Shown one piece after another: positions 58,261 to 64,000 of a DNA stretch of 64,000 bases. The notes below the pieces were generated by a model. It worked only from the letters and a program-made list of their open reading frames with translations, ran no database searches and was not told the origin of the DNA. This DNA comes from Nocardioides sp. (GTDB lineage: Bacteria; Actinomycetota; Actinomycetes; Propionibacteriales; Nocardioidaceae), in contig NZ_DASUTK010000100.1 of assembly GCF_036374615.1 (NCBI RefSeq), forward strand, positions 5,103 to 69,102, in the 5' to 3' direction. The first letter of the stretch is position 1; the number at the start of each line of letters is the position of its first letter. The position numbers were made by a program, and so were the translations under genes.

Positions 58261-60676
58261 GGTGCCGGACCGGGCTCAGGTCGTCATCGTCGGCGGCGGC
58301 GTCATCGGGTGCTCCACGGCCTACCACCTGGCGAAGGCGGGAGTCGCCGACGTGCTCGTCCTCGAGCAGGGGCGGCTGTCCGGCGGGACCACGTGGCATG
58401 CGGCGGGCCTGGTGGGGCCCCTGCGGGCGTCGGAGAGCGGCACCCGTCTCGTGCAGTACTCCGCCCAGCTGTACGCACGCCTCGAGCACGAGACCGGCCT
58501 CGCCACCGGCTACCGCAACGTCGGTGGCCTCGTGGTGGCGCGCAGCGAGGATCGGATGGTCACCCTGCGACGTACCGCCTCGAACGCGGTCGCCTACGAC
58601 CTGCCCTGCCGGCTGCTCGCACCCGAGGAGGCCGGTGAGCTGTGGCCACCGATGCGGGTCGACGACCTGCTGGGCGCCCTGCACCTCCCCGGCGACGGCA
58701 AGGTGAACCCCACCGACCTGACCCAGTCCTTGGCCAAGGGCGCGCGGATGGGCGGTGCGCGGATCGTCGAAGGAGTACGGGTCACCGGGTTCGCCGTCGC
58801 CGACGGGCCGTCCGGACCGCGTGTGACCGGCGTTCGCACGGACGCCGGAGACGTCGAGGCGGAGGTGGTGGTCAACTGCGGCGGCATGTGGGCGCACGCG
58901 CTCGGTCGGCTGGTGGGGGTGACCGTGCCGCTGCATGCTGCCGAGCACTTCTACGTGGTCACCGAGGAGGTCGAAGGGGTTCATCCCGACCTCCCGGTGA
59001 TGCGCGACCCGGATGGCTGGACCTACTTCAAGGAGGAGGTCGGAGGCCTCGTCGTCGGGGGGTTCGAGCCGGAGGCAAAGCCTTGGAAAGGCCCGGACGA
59101 GGTCCCGTACCCCTTCGAGTTCCAGCTGCTCGACGAGGACTGGGAGCACTTCTCGGTCCTCATGGACGAGGCGCTGCGCCGGGTCCCGGCGCTGGAGGAG
59201 ACCGGCATCCGCAAGTTCTACAACGGCCCGGAGTCGTTCACCCCTGACAACCAGTTCCTGCTCGGCGAGGCGCCGGGCCTGCGCGGCTACTTCGTCGGCG
59301 CCGGGTTCAACTCGGTGGGAATCGCCTCCGCCGGGGGAGCGGGGCGGGCGTTGGCTGAGTGGATCGTGGCCGGCGAGCCGCAGGACGACCTGGTGTCGGT
59401 CGACGTCCGCCGGTTCGCTCCGTTCCACAACGACGTCGACTGGCTGCGTTCGCGGGTCGCGGAGGTGCTCGGCCTCCACTACGCGGTCCCGTGGCCGAAC
59501 CGTGAGATGACCTCGGGCCGCGACCAGCGCCGTTCCCCGCTGCACGACCGACTGGCCGAGCATGGAGCGCAGTTCGGGACCCGGATGGGCTGGGAGCGGC
59601 CCAACGTCTTCACGACCGGGGATCGCGGTTCGTCGTATACCTGGGGGAGACCGGACTGGCTGGACGACTGCGCGCGCGAGCAGCGCTCCTGCCGGACCGA
59701 CGTGGCGGTGTTCGACCAGACGTCGTTCTCGAAGTACGCCGTGTCCGGCCCCGGCGCTCTCGCGTCGCTGCAGTGGATCTGTGCGGCGGACGTGGACGTC
59801 GCCGTCGGGCGCTGTGTCTACACGCCCTGGCTCAACCACCGCGGAACCTACGAAGCCGACCTGACCGTCAGCCGGACGGCTGCCGATGAGTTCCTGGTGG
59901 TCAGCTCCTCGGCCTCGACAGTCCGCGATCTCGACTGGCTGCGGCGCCACGTCGGCCCGGACACGCTCGTCGACGACCTGACCGACGACTTCTCCGTGCT
60001 GGGCGTGATGGGGCCGGCGTCCCGGCACCTGCTCGCCGGCCTGACCGACGCCGACCTGAGTGACGGAGGCTTCCCGTTCGCGACGACGAGGCCGCTCGAC
60101 CTGGCGGGGGTCCGGATTCGGGCGACCCGCATGACGTACGTCGGTGAGGTGGGGTGGGAGCTGCTCGTGCCGCTCGCAGGTGTCGAGCGCGTGTACGACG
60201 CGGTGCGAGCCGCCGGCCCCGTCGTCGACGCCGGCTACTACGCGATCGAGGCGCTCCGGCTCGAGAAGGGCTACCGGGCGTTCGGACGCGAGCTCACCCC
60301 CGACTACACGCCGATCGAGGCCGGGCTGGTCTTTGCCACGGCTCTGCGTGGGAGCAAGGACTTCCTCGGACGCGCGGCGCTCGAGGAGCGACGGCGTGAG
60401 CTCCAGCACGACGGGCCGCGGCGGCGGCTGGTCAGCCTGGTCGCGGCCGACCCGGACGCCATGCTCTGGGGTGGCGAGCTGCTGCTGCGCGACAGAGAGC
60501 CGGTGGGCCAGGTCACCAGCGCTGCCTGGGGTGCCACCGTGGGGGCAGCCGTCGGGCTCGGCTACGTGCGTGCGCACGGCCAAGTCAGCAGCGACTGGCT
60601 GGCGGCCGCGCAGCACACGGTCGACCTCGCCGGGACCGCGGTGCCGGTCGAGCTGACGATGCGCGCCCCGCTCTGA
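58253..60676 (+). CDS. GcvT-family FAD-dependent oxidoreductase (dimethylglycine/sarcosine dehydrogenase-like)
   Basis: GGGVIG, GTTWHAAG, NGPESFTPD, C-terminal aminomethyltransferase domain (LRLEKGY). Confidence 0.92.
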   Translation: MTEVPDRAQVVIVGGGVIGCSTAYHLAKAGVADVLVLEQGRLSGGTTWHAAGLVGPLRASESGTRLVQYSAQLYARLEHETGLATGYRNVGGLVVARSEDRMVTLRRTASNAVAYDLPCRLLAPEEAGELWPPMRVDDLLGALHLPGDGKVNPTDLTQSLAKGARMGGARIVEGVRVTGFAVADGPSGPRVTGVRTDAGDVEAEVVVNCGGMWAHALGRLVGVTVPLHAAEHFYVVTEEVEGVHPDLPVMRDPDGWTYFKEEVGGLVVGGFEPEAKPWKGPDEVPYPFEFQLLDEDWEHFSVLMDEALRRVPALEETGIRKFYNGPESFTPDNQFLLGEAPGLRGYFVGAGFNSVGIASAGGAGRALAEWIVAGEPQDDLVSVDVRRFAPFHNDVDWLRSRVAEVLGLHYAVPWPNREMTSGRDQRRSPLHDRLAEHGAQFGTRMGWERPNVFTTGDRGSSYTWGRPDWLDDCAREQRSCRTDVAVFDQTSFSKYAVSGPGALASLQWICAADVDVAVGRCVYTPWLNHRGTYEADLTVSRTAADEFLVVSSSASTVRDLDWLRRHVGPDTLVDDLTDDFSVLGVMGPASRHLLAGLTDADLSDGGFPFATTRPLDLAGVRIRATRMTYVGEVGWELLVPLAGVERVYDAVRAAGPVVDAGYYAIEALRLEKGYRAFGRELTPDYTPIEAGLVFATALRGSKDFLGRAALEERRRELQHDGPRRRLVSLVAADPDAMLWGGELLLRDREPVGQVTSAAWGATVGAAVGLGYVRAHGQVSSDWLAAAQHTVDLAGTAVPVELTMRAPL

Positions 60677-60902
60677 CGCTCGACCCGTGATCCGCGCCAC
60701 GCGGGAGTGAAGCGGTCGGCAACAGATCCCCGACCGTTCGGCAACAAGGCCTCCACGCCAGGGCAAATCGGGCCGTGGTCGGCGCTACCGGTACGTAGCC
60801 TTCTCCTCGCATCGACCCGATGCCGGCCATGTGGGGACAGGGCCGTAACCGTGGGCAATCGTGACTCCGGCCGCCGCATGGCCGCCGGGTCAGGGGGAAT
60901 CA

Positions 60903-62117
60903 ATGCGTCTCGCACTTCTTCAACTGCGCGCTGCCGTCATGGCCGTGGCCGTGCTGCTGCTCGGCCTGGTGGTCGTGGCCGCCCCGGCCAGCGCCGACGA
61001 CTCGTCGCTCCCGGACGGGTTCTACCTCTGCCATGCGACCGGCCAGGCGTCCGCCGTCGAGAGCGTCGGCCACTGGTCCCTGAACAGTCCGAACAGCGCC
61101 GGCGTGGCCGCCGGGCACATCGGCCACCAGAACGGCAACGACATCATCCCGCCGATCCCCGGGTTGCTGCCCGCCGGCCAGAACTGGACGGCCTACGGCC
61201 AGCAGGTGCACGCGAACCGGTGCGAGGTCCCGCGCCCGGCCCAGCCGCAGGCAGAGACCCGCGCCGTCCCGCGTACCGAGTCGGGCTGCGCCCTGGGCGG
61301 CGTCAGGTCCTGGGTCGACGTGTACTACCGGCCCTACGTCTGGAGCGACGGTGCGGGGCAGTGGGTGCTGGGTGACGAGACCGGTCCGGTCCGCACCGAG
61401 GAGTCGTTCGCGGCGTACTCGGACGGCACCTACTTCGACCTCTGCGCCACGGCGAAGCCGGCACCCGAGGTCCGGACGGTGGCGATGAGCTCTGCCTCGT
61501 GCGACCCGGCGGGTGTGACGGCGTGGTCTGACGTCTACACGACCGAGTACGTGTGGAACGCTGCTCAGCGCCGGTGGGTGGTCGGCCAGGAGACCGGCCC
61601 GGTGAAGGCCGGGGAGACCTTCGCGTCGTTCACCGACGACGAGTTCCTCGACGCGTGTGCTGCGCCGAAGCCCGCACCCGTCATCCGTGAGGTCGCCGGG
61701 GTGCAGGCTTCCTGCAAGACCCGCAGCACCACCACCTGGACCGACATCTACACGACCGAGTACGTGTGGAACGTCGAGACTCGGGCATGGGAGCTGGGTG
61801 AGGAGACCGGCCCGGTCCGCACCGACGAGACGCACGTCGAGTACTCCGAGGAGGACCTCGCCGAGCACTGTTCCGAGGTCAGCGGCGAGACGGAGGCGAA
61901 CGTTCCGGCGGCCCCGACCGCTCCGACCGGGTCGGACGCCGACGCGCCGGCGGCCGGACCCGCGACAGCGGTGCCGACGGTCGTCAACGCTGGTGTCGGC
62001 ACAGAGATCGTCCCATCGACCCAGAACCCCGATCCGATGTGGCTGATGGCCCTCGGTGCCGGGCTCGGCCTGATGGGCGCCGCCGGCTTGCGCCGGCGGG
62101 CGACGGCGAACCGGTAG
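60903..62117 (+). CDS. Secreted surface protein with three 71-aa repeats and a sortase-like C-terminal signal
   Basis: Signal peptide (APASA); repeats with Cys at aa 129/200/271; VPTVVNAG + TM + RRR tail; RBS AGGGGGAA. Confidence 0.85.
   Translation: MRLALLQLRAAVMAVAVLLLGLVVVAAPASADDSSLPDGFYLCHATGQASAVESVGHWSLNSPNSAGVAAGHIGHQNGNDIIPPIPGLLPAGQNWTAYGQQVHANRCEVPRPAQPQAETRAVPRTESGCALGGVRSWVDVYYRPYVWSDGAGQWVLGDETGPVRTEESFAAYSDGTYFDLCATAKPAPEVRTVAMSSASCDPAGVTAWSDVYTTEYVWNAAQRRWVVGQETGPVKAGETFASFTDDEFLDACAAPKPAPVIREVAGVQASCKTRSTTTWTDIYTTEYVWNVETRAWELGEETGPVRTDETHVEYSEEDLAEHCSEVSGETEANVPAAPTAPTGSDADAPAAGPATAVPTVVNAGVGTEIVPSTQNPDPMWLMALGAGLGLMGAAGLRRRATANR
61254..61892 (+). repeat. Three tandem 213-nt (71-aa) intragenic repeats
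   Basis: Consensus C-x7-W-x-D-[VI]-Y-x3-Y-V-W-x6-W-x2-G-x-ETGPV...C. Confidence 0.85.
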
Positions 62118-62234
62118 CCCACGACCGGTGCCGGGGGCGGGTCGGACCACGAACCGCTCGCCCCGGGGCGGTCACCGCACAGCGGTGGCCGCCCCTCGCG
62201 TACGCCCGGGCGCGAGCACGGTGACCGGAACGGT

Positions 62235-62273
62235 GCGGCGGATCGGTGTCACCCACTGGCACCGATCCGCCGC
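62235..62273. terminator. 14-bp stem hairpin between convergent genes
   Basis: gcggcggatcggtg / caccgatccgccgc. Confidence 0.65.
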
Positions 62274-62296
62274 GCTGTCCCTGCCCGTCCCCGCCT

Positions 62297-62815
62297 CTAG
62301 CTCGGGTCGCTGAAGTTCAGGACGCCGATGACGCGTCCGTCGCCGTCGATCCGGACGCCGATGCCGGCCCAGCGCGCCCGCTTCTTCAAGATCACCGCAC
62401 GGTGCGAGGGCGAGTCGAGCCACGCACTGACCGCCACGCGGGGGGTGAGGCCGGTCCCGCGCACGAGGGCCTCGCCGGTCCAGGTCAGGTCGCAACCGTC
62501 GAGAACCTTCACCTGGTTGCGATGCGCGAGCTCCCCGGTCCGCTTGATGAGCTCGGCCCAGCGTTCGGAGTAACGGTCGACGCAGGACTGGAACACCCGG
62601 ACCCGCTTCAGGCCGGCGGCGACGCGGGCCCGGTTGATCTCCCTGAGGACGCGGTTCTCGAACTCGTCGAGGTCCTGAAGGGGGTCGACCGCCGGATTCG
62701 CCTTGGGACCTACCCAGGTCTTGGCCTCCGCCGAGCCCAGCACGAGGGCGGTGCCGCCGACGGTGAGGCCGACCGACAGGACCACGATCGCGATGGCTCG
62801 CGCGAGCTGGCGCAT
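62297..62815 (-). CDS. Secreted CAP (SCP/PR-1) domain protein
   Basis: Signal peptide; INRARVAAGL, GEAL, WLDSPSHRAVIL, GIGV. Confidence 0.87.
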   Translation of the reverse strand: MRQLARAIAIVVLSVGLTVGGTALVLGSAEAKTWVGPKANPAVDPLQDLDEFENRVLREINRARVAAGLKRVRVFQSCVDRYSERWAELIKRTGELAHRNQVKVLDGCDLTWTGEALVRGTGLTPRVAVSAWLDSPSHRAVILKKRARWAGIGVRIDGDGRVIGVLNFSDPS

Positions 62816-62987
62816 GGAGGCTCCGTCGTCGGGGCCACCGGGGGATGGCCGTCTGGGGGTCGGTGTGTGCGGTGCTGGTCGACCGTGGCGGCCGACGGGG
62901 GGATCGGCCACCTCGGTCGTGCGGCGTGCGTACACGGGGGAAGAACGCAGCACCCACAGTTTGGTAACACATCCTCACGTCCCGCAA
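62816..62987 (-). promoter_or_regulatory. Putative promoter (TTGCGG-N18-CAAACT) and ~135-nt leader with three C-rich-loop hairpins
   Basis: Minus-strand hairpins tgcgt-tcttcccccgtgt-acgca, ggccga-tccccccg-tcggcc, ggccat-cccccg-gtggcc. Confidence 0.55.
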
Positions 62988-63060
62988 TGGCACGAAGTGA
63001 CTAGCCGTGGATGCCACGAGAACCACCTCGGCTGGTCACTCCGTCGCCGATACTGGCTGC

Positions 63061-63726
63061 ATGGACACTGACGACCGGCCCCAGCAGCGGGCTCCGACCG
63101 GCGGCCGCTGGGTCGCGTCGGCGCTGCTCGTGGCCGGTGTCGTGCTGCTCGTCGTCGGCGTCGTGGCCTGGGTCCAGCAGTCGGGTGACCCCGGACCGGA
63201 GGCGGCCGGACCGACTGCCACTGATGGCACCGGCGAGCAGGAGGTGGTCGACAGCCCGGACCTGCCGAACGCCGAGCGGGCGTCGTGGAGGCCCGGTGCC
63301 CCGCGACGGGTGCTCGTACCCGTGCTCGACATCGATGCCCCCGTGGTGCCGATCGAGGCGCCGGGCGGGGTGCTCACGCCTCCGGCGGACCCTCAGGTCC
63401 TGGGGTGGTGGGCCGCGGGTGCCAAGCCGGGTGCTCGCACCGGTTCCGCGCTCGTGACCGGCCACACCGTGCACTCCGGAGGCGGGGCGATGGACGACCT
63501 CGAGCAGGTCGAGGCGGGCGACCGGATCTGGGTGCGCACCGCCCGCGGCAAGCTCGGGTACGACGTGCGCTCGGTGGTCGTGCTCGGCAAGGGCGAGCTC
63601 GCCGAGCGCGCGGAGCGCCTGTTCAGTCAGCAGGTGCCCGGCAGGCTGGTCCTGATCACGTGTGAGGACTGGAACGGCGTGGAGTACCTCAGCAACGTCG
63701 TCGTGACGGCGACGCCGAGCGCGTGA
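63061..63726 (+). CDS. Class F sortase
   Basis: N-terminal TM; GWW, GSALVTGH, LVLITC catalytic motif; no canonical Arg after the Cys, as in actinobacterial class F. Confidence 0.88.
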   Translation: MDTDDRPQQRAPTGGRWVASALLVAGVVLLVVGVVAWVQQSGDPGPEAAGPTATDGTGEQEVVDSPDLPNAERASWRPGAPRRVLVPVLDIDAPVVPIEAPGGVLTPPADPQVLGWWAAGAKPGARTGSALVTGHTVHSGGGAMDDLEQVEAGDRIWVRTARGKLGYDVRSVVVLGKGELAERAERLFSQQVPGRLVLITCEDWNGVEYLSNVVVTATPSA

Positions 63727-63917
63727 TCGCGCCCGGTCTGCCTGACAGTCGGCCGAGGTCGCGCGTAACCCAGGTTCGGGCCGCTCGTTGTCTGACGGGC
63801 GCCGGATCGCAGCATCAGGGGAGGACGGACCAGATTCGTCCTGGCCGCGGTCCGGTGCCCTACCATCCGGGCGTCCCGGCCCAGGTCAGAGCTCGGTCGC
63901 CGGAGCGGACCGCTGCG

Positions 63918-64000
63918 TCAGTGCTGGTAGGTGCCGTGGATGACGGCGCGCGCCAGCGTCTTGAACGCGAGGTTGAAGCTCATCACGGCGTTCGACGCGT
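63918..64000 (-). CDS. C-terminus of an unidentified protein (runs off window end)
   Basis: ...ASNAVMSFNLAFKTLARAVIHGTYQH*; high GC3 codons; too short to assign. Confidence 0.55.
   Translation of the reverse strand, partial: ASNAVMSFNLAFKTLARAVIHGTYQH

Noticed and set aside
60755-60800. c-di-GMP-I riboswitch suggested by GGGCAAA
   Set aside because: The downstream GACGCAAAG and tetraloop/receptor elements are absent.
63759-63830. ECF-like GTAAC-N17-GTT followed by an SD-like AGGGGAGGA
   Set aside because: No start codon at a suitable distance and no credible ORF follows.
1-64000. Many long overlapping or antisense ORFs in the track (e.g. 1291-2847 -, 17085-19505 -, 27477-29027 +, 58211-60766 -)
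   Set aside because: They shadow genes with clear family motifs and are R/P/G/A-rich, as expected from stop-codon scarcity in high-GC DNA.
1-64000. CRISPR array, tRNA, rRNA, integrase or transposase
   Set aside because: No regularly spaced repeat-spacer array, cloverleaf, rRNA-like tract or DDE/tyrosine/serine recombinase motif was seen.

Overview
High-GC actinobacterial chromosome segment (gene content and order suggest Nocardioidaceae; inference) with about 66 protein-coding genes. No rRNA, tRNA, CRISPR array or transposase was seen. Left part: N-terminal half of a xanthine-dehydrogenase-family molybdoenzyme, a complete sufR-B-D-fdx-C-S-U-T operon, an ASCH/acVLRF1 pair, a MarR-controlled ABC exporter, ABC-F, moaA, dodecin and fabG-fabI. 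Middle: a cyanophycin locus (cphB-cphA, plus a CphA paralog that lacks the ATP-grasp domain and is coupled to a serine hydrolase), sixA, an ECF41 sigma factor, serB, a small slightly lower-GC islet, nfeD-SPFH and a WYL/VOC pair. Right part: a GlnA4-type gamma-glutamylation operon divergent from a permease-kinase-GcvT operon, and a class F sortase near a repeat surface protein. The most unusual signals are: (1) a Vsr/DUF559-like nuclease gene between two copies of a palindromic REP-like unit; (2) the ATP-grasp-less CphA paralog; (3) a CTAG-bounded 167-bp element folding into a 52-bp G:U-rich helix on one strand only; (4) recurring U-C5/6-G hairpin loops in a candidate sRNA and in a long 5' leader. 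About 20 genes appear leaderless. All calls come from reading motifs by eye; no database searches were run.
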